A DNA stretch of 63,537 nucleotides, counting the filler, from Folioceros fuciformis (taxonomy: Eukaryota): the NCBI GenBank assembly GCA_049999805.1. It is 13 parts of 13 records of this genome, joined end to end, with 100 filler letters (N's around TTAATTAATTAA, not from the genome) between each part and the next. Parts side by side here need not be neighbours in the genome. Positions count along the whole stretch, not along the records: positions 1 to 1,545 come from JBNGIO010003800.1; positions 1,646 to 3,076 come from JBNGIO010003801.1; positions 3,177 to 4,373 come from JBNGIO010003804.1; positions 4,474 to 5,651 come from JBNGIO010003806.1; positions 5,752 to 18,093 come from JBNGIO010003807.1; 8 more parts are not named here. One strand, given 5' to 3'. Positions 1 to 12,100 of the stretch are shown in pieces. Both the position numbers and the translations under genes were made by a program. The stretch's first letter is position 1, and the number at the start of each line of letters is the position of its first letter. A model generated the notes under the pieces. The model did not search any database and was not told where the DNA came from. It saw only the letters and a list, made by a program, of their open reading frames with translations.

Positions 1-17
1 TATTTCACCCCACATTT

Positions 18-35
18 TGGCGCCGTTGCTGGGGA
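18..35 (+). promoter_or_regulatory. Primer-binding site (tRNA-Asp type) of an Athila-like Ty3/gypsy element, just after an LTR end (...CCCCACA)
   Basis: TGGCGCCGTTGCTGGGGA follows an LTR-like terminus ending in CA; gag follows downstream. Confidence 0.8.
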
Positions 36-329
36 ATGAATAGATGTCGGGCACACAGGTAGGTGACTAACAGTTGAGTGGTATAGCCTGAAGTAGGCCA
101 AGGAGTAGGGGAGCCTAGAGGCAATGGTTGATGGATGCCGCGTGGAAGGAATAGCGATGCGGAGTTTGAACCGTTGGAGCCGGCCTCGGAGCGACGTCAA
201 CGTCAGGCGGTGGAGTAATTTCAACGAATAGCCCGAAGGCCGCAGTGAGAACTTGGAGCTACTACAAACCAGGAGGAGCCGAGGAATCCAGCCATTGAGG
301 AGAGGCAACCTCTGCTCGGGTTAATCGAG

Positions 330-1411
330 GTGGAGGAAGAGATATTTGGTGTTGAGTGCTCTCGGTTACGACCTGCGGTGGGTATTGGGACCCAACCTAG
401 TCAATCTAACCAATCCAGCCAACCCAGCGAATCCAGTCCTGTTTTAGCTAAGGCAAACTTTGTGGGTTTAGAGGCCGGGTCTAGTCCGGTAGCCGAACAG
501 ACTACCCCGGTAGCTCGGCCCACTTCAGTAGCCATGAGTATTGCTCCAGTGGCTGTGACCACTAGGCAGTCATACCCCTTGTATGGAGAAAAGAAAGGAT
601 ATGAGGACCCTGNNNNNNNNNNNNNNNNNNNNNNNNNNNNNNNNNNNNNNNNNNNNNNNNNNNNNNNNNNNNNNNNNNNNNNNNNNNNNNNNNNNNNNNN
701 NNNNNNNNNNNNGCAGTCATACCCCTTGTATGGAGAAAAGAAAGGATATGAGGACCCTGATGATTTCGTAGAGTGTTTTGAACAGCTGACCATCTCAAAC
801 CAGGAGGCGAACGATGTGCAGTGCGTGCAGCTGTTCTATGGAGTTTTGCGGGGGGCCGCCGCCAAATGGTACAAAAGGGAGTACCTTAAGACATTGACAC
901 CCCAGCCACCTTCGACACGCTCAAGAGGGCATTCTGCGAAAGATTTCGAGGGGTGGACGTCGAAGGGTATGTTCTGTCCAAATTAGAAAGGCTCCGAAGG
1001 AGGCAGAAGGAAACTCTGCAAACATATGTGGAAAGGTTCCATAGCCTATGGGACCGTGCAGGACCCCACTCAGAGTTGATGGCCATTCGGCGGTTTGCGA
1101 GAGGGCTGGGGTCAGCAATGGGGAGGCATGTGCGTTTGCGAGCGGAAAAGGACCTGTAGAGAGCCATAAGGGCTGCGTTGAACTATGAGGAGTCCAACGC
1201 GGAGGTAAAGAAGAAGACGCGCAAGGATGAGAAACAGAGCCATGAGGGAAGGAAGAAGAATTCGAAAAGGAAAAGGAAGTACTCCTCTACCTCCGAGGAC
1301 GATTCATCAGCAGAGGAAGGATCCTCGAGTGTCTCCTTGAACAGTGCAACCGCCGAGGACTCGTCAAGCTCAGAAAAAGATTCATCGGAGGATGAGAGAA
1401 GGAGAAGTTAG
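330..1411 (+). pseudogene. Ty3/gypsy gag, degraded (frameshift, stops, gap)
   Basis: DPDDFVECFEQL...QLFYGVLRGAAAKWY, then QKETLQTYVERF...RRFARGL in another frame. These are Retrotrans_gag-like motifs downstream of the PBS. Confidence 0.75.
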
Positions 1412-1589
1412 AATAAGAAGGTGGTGAAAACAGGGTCGAGAAAAAAATTGCTGTCCAAAAACAAGGAAGCAGGGAGGATCAAGATGGAGCCTGTGAGCGC
1501 AAAAAGGGGGGCTGAACAAGTGAGAAAGGAGGTGGAGTTGGCAACNNNNNNNNNNNNNNNNNNNNNNNNNNNNNNNNNNNNNNNNNNNN

Positions 1590-1601
1590 TTAATTAATTA
1601 A
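1590..1601. other. Artificial scaffold spacer N44-TTAATTAATTAA-N44 (also at 3121, 4418, 5696, 18138, 19650, 37930, 40243, 41359, 42978, 44278, 61782)
   Basis: The same 12-mer, with stops in all six frames, is embedded in N runs 12 times. Confidence 0.97.
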
Positions 1602-2767
1602 NNNNNNNNNNNNNNNNNNNNNNNNNNNNNNNNNNNNNNNNNNNNACTAACCTCTTCAGTTCCTCGTCTACTGTGCTCAAGTCACGTTCGCTAGGAATGG
1701 TTGGCGTGGCCCTTGCTTCCTTCCTACCCTCAGAAGCCTGACCCAGGGGTGCCAAGGGAGTCGAATGGTGTGTGCCCTCAGCTGACTCAGTGGGCTTGGA
1801 TGTCTTGTGGCAGGGTGAGAGTGGCAAAGGTCATGGGGGTGATGTCTGCTCCAGCATCTGGAGCACACCCTCTAGCAGCCTTTCCAGTCGCGTTTGCTCC
1901 TCCCCCACTTGGGCTTCGAGCCTGGTGATTGACTCCTCGACCTTCTCAAGTTGTTGGCTTTGGCAAGAGAGGGAGTTGCGNNNNNNNNNNNNNNNNNNNN
2001 NNNNNNNNNNNNNNNNNNNNNNNNNNNNNNNNNNNNNNNNNNNNNNNNNNNNNNNNNNNNNNNNNNNNNNNNNNNNNNNNTCCTCGGTTCAGAGCAGTAT
2101 TCGGCAGGAATATTCACAGGTTCAGGATTGGCTATTCCTTCCGCCTGTTGGACCTCCGCCTCCAGCTGGATTTGGAGAAGGTGCAGGAGCTCCCGGCAAC
2201 GCCTCCTCGCCTCTATTGTCTCCAAGGACTCCTCGACTCGCCTCGACTCGACTCGTGCTTGGGTGGAAGCAAGGCGCCGGTCTTGGGAATTGGGGCCAAG
2301 ATGTCACGCCCATCGGCAGACCCGATCCCCGATTCCCTCCAGTGGATTCTCTCCTTCATTCCCGCTGGAAATCTGTTGGTCTCCTTCCGAAGGTAGGATG
2401 TAATCGCTCATATTGCTTGCTGATCTGTGCGTGGATTGCAGGAGTCCTCACCTTCGAGGTAGTCGCTAACTGTCTAGCCGTGAATTGTTCCAGGCTTCCG
2501 CAGTTGCTGGCGCCTTCGATCCTGTCCAGCGCAGTGGGCCTGTCGACACCAGTAGTCGCGCTTGCCTCCCTGCACACAATCTGCCGGGGCGCAGGCCTGA
2601 TTGCCTCTTGGCGATCTGAGTCTTGGTCGGGATTGGTCCCTCTATTGCGCCAGGGGCTCCTGAATCGTGGGGAGCCTCCTCCCTCTTGTACGGTTGAGCC
2701 TAGCCTCAGCGATCCTGTCCGCTGATCCCAAATCCGGGGTCTGGGGCTTGGGAGTCGTTGGATAGTG

Positions 2768-2779
2768 GCTCTGATACCA
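2768..2779 (-). promoter_or_regulatory. tRNA-iMet primer-binding site of an LTR retroelement
   Basis: GCTCTGATACCA is the reverse complement of TGGTATCAGAGC; degraded ORF-like sequence lies downstream on the minus strand. Confidence 0.7.
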
Positions 2780-3037
2780 CAGATGCTACCACCGTGAGAG
2801 CTTGCTTAGTGAATGAAAGTGCCAGCTATTAGCAGCCCTGGCATTTAGGGCACGTTTGGGTAATTAGCATATTTAGATATATTAGATATTAAGATATAAA
2901 CAGTCGTAACTGCTTTAGTCCTTCCGAGTCTCGTGAACACCAACGGTCGTGCCGGTACACAACTCCGTGCACACAAAGCACATTGCTCAATGTAATTTAC
3001 ACGCATAATTCAATTCCGCTACGTATGAGCATTGACT

Positions 3038-3049
3038 TGGTATCAGAGC
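3038..3049 (+). promoter_or_regulatory. tRNA-iMet primer-binding site
   Basis: Exact TGGTATCAGAGC. Confidence 0.65.
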
Positions 3050-3680
3050 CTCTCACCTAATCCTTACAGCTTTCATNNNNNNNNNNNNNNNNNNNNNNNN
3101 NNNNNNNNNNNNNNNNNNNNTTAATTAATTAANNNNNNNNNNNNNNNNNNNNNNNNNNNNNNNNNNNNNNNNNNNNTTTCTATTTTCATCCCTATTTTTC
3201 TGGATTTAATTCCAGAAATTCCAGTTCAACTCTGTTTCACCTGGTTTCTTCTCTTCTTAGTTCGGGGCCTATTCCAGCACCTTGGGGTCAGTCTTCCATG
3301 GCCGAGGAACCATTTCAGCTAGAAGCTGATTCTGCTGAATAAGCTACCATTTTCAGGCCAGGCGACCATCTAGCAAGGAAGAGGCGGCGTCTGCAGATCT
3401 TTGAAGATAAGACATTCTTCGAAGTCTCAGGATAGTCTAAGAGNNNNNNNNNNNNNNNNNNNNNNNNNNNNNNNNNNNNNNNNNNNNNNNNNNNNNNNNN
3501 NNNNNNNNNNNNNNNNNNNNNNNNNNNNNNNNNNNNNNNNNNNAAGTTAGAGAGAGGTGAAGTCAGAGAGAGAGAGAGGCTCCTATAAGATCATGCGAGC
3601 CTGTAGGAGGAGGGAGTCATTCACTTTGGGAGTGAGTGCATCTATCCCACTGTCGTTGAGACATTGGGTATGAGTGCATA

Positions 3681-3915
3681 GATGAGTTCTTACGAGATTT
3701 GGGCTTCATGAAGTCTTCAGAATACTCTAATGTGTACCTGCTTCATGATGACATTGGCTATGTTATCTTGGCCTTATACGTTGATGACTGTGTTCTCCTA
3801 GTAACTGACCTACCAAACATTGAACGTGTCAAGTCCTTACTCTCAGGAAGGTTCGACATGGTGGATATCGGCGAGTTGTCCTACTGTCTGGGGACACAAC
3901 TCCTATGAGATCCTT
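3681..3915 (+). pseudogene. Ty1/copia reverse transcriptase fragment
   Basis: ILALYVDDCVL and FDMVDIGELSYCLG motifs. Confidence 0.85.
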
Positions 3916-3924
3916 GATCAGATA

Positions 3925-4123
3925 AATCCATACTTTTATATACAAGGGAATAAAAGCATATTTCTATTCAGAATAATACATTACATAAATTGAACAAGTG
4001 TCACTTCTTATATACTAAGCAACCCTTCACTAAGTGCCCTTTGGATATACAAACCCTAACTGGTTATAACATAACCCTAACCCTAAGCAAGGTTAAGCTT
4101 ATGCCCTAACAGCCTCCCTTAAG
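3925..4123 (-). mobile_element. Partial 3' LTR plus polypurine tract of a minus-strand LTR element
   Basis: AT-rich block ending ...CCCTAACA followed by GCCTCCCTTAAG (PPT on the minus strand); same layout as the LTR/PPT at 11256. Confidence 0.5.
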
Positions 4124-4840
4124 CGTACGAGCTTAGGGAGGCATCCAAAGGTCAGTCACGAGGAGCGGACAATGGCTGGTTGTGGGGATGATGCAATTAC
4201 GTCCAACAACCTTCATTGAGTGCGCACCTGTGCGCCCGAGCTGGCAGGGACGGCTACAAGTATCGCGCCAGCTTACACTGCCTTCATCACAACTATTTGC
4301 ACTTGCGTGCAAATCCTCCGTCTGTTGCTGGTGGCAACCATGGCTCCCAAACGTGAGGTAGGAGGCGAGAAGGNNNNNNNNNNNNNNNNNNNNNNNNNNN
4401 NNNNNNNNNNNNNNNNNTTAATTAATTAANNNNNNNNNNNNNNNNNNNNNNNNNNNNNNNNNNNNNNNNNNNNCTTGAATAGCATCTGCCCACAGCAACC
4501 AGCGCTGATCCAGCACGAAAAATTCAAGGCGCTCCTGCCCGGCTTTGCAATCGCCGTGAGATGCCTTCAGATCATGGTGCGGTGGGCCATGGAGCTGGAG
4601 TCACACCCGCGATGGGGAATGGATCACTCAGTCGTGGTGCTTGATAGGCATCTTCACTTCAAACAAGCCTCAAATTCTTCATCCCCTCACGATTCCCCTC
4701 ACAGATCATGTTGATCTTAGGCAATCAGCCCGTGGCCGCTACTTGCTCTCCTCGCTTCACAAAATCATGAATTTTGAGCTTGATTGCCATGGCTCCTATC
4801 ATACTCCCAGCACCATGCTGGTGAGGGATCAATTTTCATG

Positions 4841-4852
4841 GCTCTGATACCA
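4841..4852 (-). promoter_or_regulatory. tRNA-iMet primer-binding site
   Basis: GCTCTGATACCA. Confidence 0.6.
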
Positions 4853-7800
4853 TTTCGCATTATGTGGATTCTGTCTGCTAGAGCACAAGCATGGGAGCGC
4901 GAGAGCATGAAGGGTTGCAAGCATGAAAAACAGTTATCGTAATGTTCAAAAGAAAGAAAAAGTATATATAAGTATTTTAAAGTATTTAATTAATTAATAA
5001 GCTGATTATGAAACTAACCTGAACCAACATAATTTCCTTTATCAACTACATCCTAAATGATCACTAGTGCTGATAATGATTAAAGGGTTTGTGCTGTTAA
5101 AATAAGATATGTAGAGTTCTGTTTAGAATATTTAAGTGACATTACATAAGAGTCACTTCTTAAGTGAACAACTACAGCGTTTCAGTTAGTTTAAGTTGAG
5201 TTTCATGTTTTATAAACTAAGTCTNNNNNNNNNNNNNNNNNNNNNNNNNNNNNNNNNNNNNNNNNNNNNNNNNNNNNNNNNNNNNNNNNNNNNNNNNNNN
5301 NNNNNNNNNNNNNNNNNNNNNNNNCATATAGATTCTATATAATCAGGTAGATAATCTAATGCACTTCCATTTGAATTGATACTTAAATTAATTCAATGGA
5401 GGCCCACTAGAGTAGTTGCCTAGCTGGCAGAATTATATGTCAAATATCAAATAAAGAAAACAAATAATGCATAGTTTCTATATTTTAAAATTCAAGAAAT
5501 TTTCTGGTGGCTATGACCAGTAATTATGGCCATCAGCGTAGGGATCAATGTCCTATAGAAAGAATCCCTGTTTATAATAAAGCTAGAATTTTTGATGGAT
5601 TGTCAGTCGCATCCCAACTCCATCAAAGAATTCTGCGGTGGAGCCAAATAANNNNNNNNNNNNNNNNNNNNNNNNNNNNNNNNNNNNNNNNNNNNTTAAT
5701 TAATTAANNNNNNNNNNNNNNNNNNNNNNNNNNNNNNNNNNNNNNNNNNNNGTAATGGACCGGCTGTTCGGCTAGCCACACGAGTCGGCTAACTTGGCCT
5801 GGGCGAGGCCAGGCAGCCGGCTGGCCGAGGGAGGAGTAGGCAACCTGCTGACTGGTGTACGGGCTGAGGCGAATCCAGGCAACGGCTTGGCCAGCTCTCA
5901 GGCAGCAGCAAGCATTGGCAGCTGGGGTCGGGTCTTGAGGCTAGTCAAGTAGCCGAGATCTCGTGAAGTGATCAGTCGGGTTGGTTGTAGCAGCTCGGAG
6001 TCGGAACTAGGCCGAGTGGGCATCGGATCTAGCCAAGAGCGAGCCAGGGAAGTTGGTGGCTGGTGAAACGGCTAGCCATGGCTAGAGCCAGGCAGCGTTC
6101 TGGCTGATCGGCTAGCTGGGGCCACTACAAGGGGTGCGGCCGAGCTGCAGGCGATCTGGGTTTGGTAGACGGGCTAGCTGGGGGGACTGGTGGATCGGTG
6201 TCGCCAACAGACAAGTAGCCTGGTAGGGGTGGAAATCAGAATGGGTAGGCGGGCCTCGGGCTGTTACACGCCGTGCTGCTGGCAGGTAAGGCTGGCAGGT
6301 GGAGCGCTAGCCAGGCAGTCGCCTGCCGACTAAAGGGGCAGATTGGGATGCAGCAAGTTGGCTGTCCGATTCGGTAGCCAGGCTGGCGGCCCGGCTGGTC
6401 GGCTAGCCGTGTTGTCAGTGGCTGGAGGCAGGCGGTGGCACCGGATCCAGGCCAGGCAAGCGGCGTTGGATCCGCAGGTGTAGCAGGCCAAGGTAGGATC
6501 CAAGCTCGGGTCCTAGTTGGGCCTAGCAGGCCGGCTGGCTGTAGAGCAAAGGCTGGCAGGCGGATCCCGCCAGGCAGCAAGCAGGCAGGCAGCCTGGCCC
6601 ATCAGCATGGCAAGTGGGCGCCTAATTGGATTGGCAAGACGAGTAGCAGGGGGGCCGGCTTAGCAGCGACCAGCTGCTGAGCANNNNNNNNNNNNNNNNN
6701 NNNNNNNNNNNNNNNNNNNNNNNNNNNNNNNNNNNNNNNNNNNNNNNNNNNNNNNNNNNNNNNNNNNNNNNNNNNNNNNNNNNCGAACAAGGGGGTTGCT
6801 GGCTGGAGATGGTGGTGAGGAGTCTGGTTAACAACCCAGCCCGCTCCAATTGCAAGCGGGCAGTAGGCGGCCTACGGGCTAGCCGCCTAGCCAGATCCAG
6901 GCAAAGGCAGGCTAGCCAGTCGAGTCTGGTCGGCTGGCCAGCTAGCTGAATCAGGAAAATAGCAGGTGACTCGGTAACCAGGCGAGCTGACTAGATCTAG
7001 TCCTGATCAGCCAGAGACCGAGCAGTTGGGATAGTCGCAGTTTGGCTGGAAGCAAAGCTAGGAGAGTCACGGCGTGCTAGCCGAATCCAAGCAGTGGCTG
7101 AGGACAAGCCGTTGAATCCGAGAGCACCCAGGCACGGACGGACTTGCACTTAGTGCACTGCAAACCAAGAAGAGCGGTTTGTTCCAAATCCCAGTCAAAC
7201 CAGGTGCAATGCAAATCAACTGACCCCATCGGCGGTTCTGTATGGTCGTTCCTTCGGGCTGGACAAAATGGTCTCAACCGAATCTAGTAGCCGAAGACTG
7301 GCTAGATGGCTGGTTGGGCAGCCAGTAGGCCTAACAGCCGAGTAGGCGTCTTCCCCCTGTAACAGCCGAGTAGGCGGCTGCCCAGGGGGAAGACAGGGGA
7401 GTGTCCCGAGGGACACTCTAAGGATGACAGCCTGACACTAAAACACTGGTGGTAGGCTACTGCCAGGCTATCTTAGGGCGTGGGGATGGCGTTGGGGGGG
7501 GCGTGGACTGCCCCACTCGAGCATCGAAGGCAAGGGTAGTTCATCCCTTGTACCATGGCAGCCAGTGACCGTAATTAGCATACGGCTTGCCACCCGCGGT
7601 TAGTGGGTTGGAACTAACTCGCTACAACAGGTGGATGGCCGGATGCTAATTGCGGCGATGGGCGATAATGGATGGTGTGTGCCATGCTAGGACGCAACGC
7701 CCTGGGGTTATCCGCTCAAGGGCATCAGTCCAGCAGGCCAGTCAAGCAGCTTGGAGGGTGGTCCGCTAAGGACATAAGTGACACTTGGCTTTCCATCCAT

Positions 7801-8154
7801 GAGTAGCAACCCTAGTTGCTTGTAGGCCGAAGGCCTAGCCTAGGTGTGCTACTCGTGGTGGGAAGTGCAATGGTGGTTATGTTGATAGGATGGCGGATTC
7901 CTTATTCAAGAGCGCTTGGTGGGCAGGTTGCAAGGCCAGGAGTCTTGGCCGGCCGTGGCCAATAGGATGGAGGGAAGGACCTAAAGATGGGAGACTTTGG
8001 GGAAGAAGGCAGGATAATCAGAGGGAGATGATTTGACCCGGGACGAGAGAGGGATGTTGAGAGGCACCCCTGATCTTTGCTAGATGTGACGGGCTGATAA
8101 TTGTGGGCAGCTAACGGTGTCAAGGGGCAATGGGCAATTAGAAGCAGGTGTAGA

Positions 8155-8360
8155 TTAGAGTTAGGATTCTAGGTTAGGTTAGGTCTAGGTTAGGTTTAGG
8201 TCAGACCTAGGTTAGGTTAGGCTTAGATCAGACCTAGGTTAGGTTAGGTCTGGGTTAGACTTAGGCTAGGTCTAGGTTAGATTTGGGTTAGGTTTAGGTC
8301 AGATCCAGGTTAGGTCATACCTAGGTCAGGTTTAGGTCAGAACTTGGTTAGGTCAGAGAG
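8155..8360 (+). repeat. Degenerate (TTAGG/CTAGG/TCAGA)n pentamer array
   Basis: ggttaggttaggtctaggttaggtttaggtcaga... over ~200 bp. Confidence 0.85.
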
Positions 8361-9049
8361 AGGAGGTAGGGTAATTGATTCAGGTTAACCCTAGTAGATA
8401 GAGATAGAGGGTAGGCAGATAAGAGGGGAGACCTGCCATTGAGAGGGGGTGGTCTATGGTGTGAGGTCCCCGGATTTTGTGGGTAGAACTCCTGGCTTAG
8501 GGCGCTGAGCCGGTTGAGGTCGACCCAAAGCCCTGATTCCCCTTGCCACTAGGGGAACGTGGGGATCCCGGGGCTGTCAAGATCCGTGTGGCCGGATCCG
8601 CAAGGGCTACATGATTCGCAGGTTGGCTGAAGTGAAGGAACAGGACCGTGAGCTGAAGGGCTATCCAGTCCTAGATCCACACCATGCTTGAAGGCTGCAA
8701 GAAGTGAAGCCATTGTGCCCTAATTTCCAGGGGGGAGAGCTGAAGAAAAGGGAGGAAGAGTTGGAGTGGAATGCATAGAAGTGAAGAGTGAGCTCCTGAA
8801 GAGTAGGAGTGTGTGTTGAAGTGGAGGGTGAAGGATTGAAATGAAGAGGAAGGGACTGAAGTAGGAATCTTGGAGGACTGAAGTGAAGAGGAAGGGACTG
8901 AAGTGGGAACCTTGAAGAGCTGAGGTCAAGGAGAAAGTGGCTGAAGTGGGAATCAAGAAGAGCTGGAGGACTGAAGAACAGGAGTGTGAGTTGGGTGAGC
9001 TGACTTAGGGGGTAGGCTAGGCTTCTAGCCCTTTTGTTGTGAGTATATG

Positions 9050-10378
9050 GACAGACCTATAGACCGGCTGATAGGTAGAAGTGTGATAGGTAGTGTTCCT
9101 TGGCACTAGTTCACTCCCTTGGGAGCGAACCATAGGACTGCAACGACAATAGGGGAATGTGTGGCCCCTTGGGTGGTTCTTGGGTGCAAGAAATCATTCC
9201 ACATGGATGCCCCGTAATCGGAAATCGGGAACGAATCGGGAGGGGAGACCTCACCGAGTGGGAGACGAACTCCCCAGCTATTCCTGTGACGGTTGCGTGG
9301 AGTGGTAAAAGTGCTGGAGGCCGAATCCACGAGTCCGGAGTGGGAGTGGATACCCCTTCCCTTAGCCTTCGGTGACCCACCATTCCTTCAAACTTTGGAG
9401 GGAAGAGAAGGTCCAGAAGGGGCGCGTTGGTGAGAGAAGTCGAGAGTCATGAGTGGATTAAGAATTGAGAGTGTGTCAAGGATTGTGTGTTGGTGAAGCC
9501 AGCAGGTGGCCTGAGCGGCCACCACTGTGAGAGCTGCGAGTGGATGCAGAATGCGGTTGTGGAGATGACAAGAGGAAGAAGTTGTGGGGTGACTGTGTGT
9601 GAGATGGCAATGAGTCGAGAGTGGGGCTAAGGAACCATAAAATCGGAGTGGTGAGGGTGAGCGCCCCGGGTGTGTAGCCGCGACTGACAAGCAAATAAAT
9701 AGAGCAAGAGTGTGACGAGAACTAGATGTGTTTATGTGCTATCACGGGTTGCTGTGAGGTGAAGAGAAGTTTATAGGTGTGTATGTGACTAAAGCACAGG
9801 GACACCCGATTGGACGTGAGGGGTCTGGCCTGGGGTTGTGAGCAGAATGCGGCAGTGGAGGAGGGAGTGCTGACTAATTGAGAGTCGGGTAGGTATGTGT
9901 AGGTTCGTGTCTGTGTGTGTGTGTGCTAATTGAGCGCTTTCGATCCCTAAGAGGAGCAGTGAGTAGACGTGAGTGGATGGAGAGGTGTGTGCCGTAAGGA
10001 AAGGGTGACCACCAGTAAGAGAGAGAGCTCTGCGACAGATCTTGACCATTAGGAGGCATAAGCTAGAAAAGTAAGCCGTGGGGTAAGTAGAAAGAGGGAG
10101 TACAGAGAGAGAGAGAGAGAGAGAGAGAAAGTGTGAGTTAGAGGGAGAAAGAGAGGGAGTGTGGACTCGCGGATAGTGGAGTCGCGGTTAGGTCAAGGTA
10201 GCTGGGTAGGTGGTAGTAGTAGCCGTGCAAGATTGACCTGGGGTGGTAATTGACGTTGTGAGACAACCTATGTTATTTAACACAAATCATTCCCTTGGGA
10301 TCGAATCCCAATGCTATAACGACAAAGAGGGTTTGTGTGGACCTCGCAGCACCCCCAGGTGCAATATTTTCCCCCACA
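9050..10378 (+). mobile_element. Long LTR-like repeat of an Athila-like Ty3/gypsy family (left boundary uncertain)
   Basis: Strong similarity to 22080-22900 and 40680-40800. Ends ATATTTTCCCCCACA, like the LTR end before the PBS at positions 1-14. Confidence 0.65.
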
Positions 10379-11071
10379 TAAGTCTTTCCCCCACTGCTGA
10401 TGATGTAGAGACTGACTTGGCGGCATCCATATTAATTCGTTTTAAAATCTCCTTCAAGTATTTTGTTTGATGAAGAACAATTGACCCCTGTGTCCTATTG
10501 CGCAGAATCTAGATGCCTAGACAATATTGTAAGGGGCCCTTATCAGACATCTTGAACTCTGAGTGTAAAAGGGCCTTCACCTGATCAAGCTGAGTTGTAC
10601 TATTGCTCAGCAAGATAGCATCATCAACGTATAGCGCCAAGATGACAAACAGTTCATCAGAAATAAGGTCACCAGCTGGTGATTGAATGAAGCCATGTTC
10701 CTTCAAGAATGTCATAATACGCTTGTACCATGCACAAGGACTTTGCTTAAGTCCATATATAGTCTTCAAGAGCTTACACACTTTCTTCGGCCATTCCTTA
10801 TCAACAAACCCCTTAGGCTGTTCCATGAACAATACCTCTTCGAGCTCACCATGTAGGAACGCTGTACAGACGTCCATCTAGTGCAGTTCTAAATCAAACT
10901 GAGCTGCCATGGCAAGTAAGATTCGGACTGAAGGAGGCTTGACCATAGGGGAGAAAGCATCTCCATAGTCTATCCCAGGTATTTGTGAAAACCCTCTTGC
11001 AACAAGTCTTGACTTGTAACGAGCAATGGTGCCATCTGATTTTAACTTGGTTTGAAAAACCCATTTACAGG
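10379..11071 (-). pseudogene. Host Ty1/copia RT, 3' part (interrupted by a nested element)
   Basis: CKWVFQTK...YKSRLVARGF, MDVCTAFLHG, YGLKQSP, LYVDD; contains in-frame stops. Confidence 0.9.
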
Positions 11072-11522
11072 TGTAAATAAACAAGGAGCAAAGATAGCCT
11101 AGCAGGAATAGTCAGAATGAATATTCATAATGTCAAAATTGTCTTTAAATACATATATCACGACTGTTCATTGTCAACCCTAATTCACATATGTCTACCC
11201 ATAACTTGTCGATAAATAACCTATGCAAAGGCTAAGGTTTAACCCCCCCTTTAACACCCCCTCTTGAACTTAGCCGAGTTTTGTAGGGCTAGCATCATGC
11301 ACGGAGACTGAGGACACCACGAGGACCAGAAGGCAAGGCCATTCCATCATCACACCCAACTTAATGCGTAGCTGGTCTTGTGCTCAGCGTCACGCCCCCT
11401 CTTGCGCAGCAGGACAGGGTGGTTGTGGCATAACGGTGAAGATGGCGTTCAAAATGGCTTCCACAGCAGAGGTGAGTGAGCCAATACTCTTTACGCTCAT
11501 ACGCCTACTCTGCCTGCTCATC

Positions 11523-11918
11523 ATGCGGACACGCAGTGGCAAGGAGCTCCAAGCTCCTCCTACACAGGAGCAGAGGAGGGACGGAGCTAGCAGGCAATCG
11601 ACCAGTCCACCGCCAACAGGAATAAGCTCAGAGGTTTCCTCTTCGTCTAAGGTCGTGCCTCTAAGCAAGGAGGAAACTGTCCAGGGCTGGGAGTGGGACT
11701 ATAGGCACACGGTCGGCCAGTATGTACGCCTTGGAAACTATCATGTGGAGCTGAACACAACACTAGTGTTTGGGAAGGTCAGAGATGAGGATACCCGCGT
11801 CTCCAACCCTCCAACTCGTGAACAGACTAAGGAAGGTAGACAGGGCCTAGTCAAGCAGCTGGAGAACACTATCGGGCTGCTGAACAAGCTCAAACGGGTG
11901 GATTTTGACGAGGATTGA
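11523..11918 (+). CDS. Extra ORF antisense to the copia element, between RNase H and the 3' LTR; unknown function
   Basis: Open frame 11364-11918. An ATG at 11523 gives MRTRSGKELQ...KRVDFDED (131 aa). Confidence 0.5.
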   Translation: MRTRSGKELQAPPTQEQRRDGASRQSTSPPPTGISSEVSSSSKVVPLSKEETVQGWEWDYRHTVGQYVRLGNYHVELNTTLVFGKVRDEDTRVSNPPTREQTKEGRQGLVKQLENTIGLLNKLKRVDFDED

Positions 11919-12100
11919 AGGTAGGGTCGATATGAGCTGGACAGGAGATTAGATAACCTTTATGCTTCATCCTCCTGCAGCCCTCTTTTCAAATTTAGGT
12001 TGCTACTTTAGGTTATGTACTCTGTTCCGATCCCGGCAGGTTATCTGTGTAGAAACTGTTCAGATACTCTTCCCCCCTCCCAGATAAGTCTGCCGCTTGT

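Noticed and set aside
1590-1601. Recurring TTAATTAATTAA palindrome
   Set aside because: Artificial six-frame-stop spacer between concatenated scaffolds.
5752-7430. GC-rich ORFs of 60-114 aa
   Set aside because: Low-complexity repeat-derived sequence with no recognisable protein motifs.
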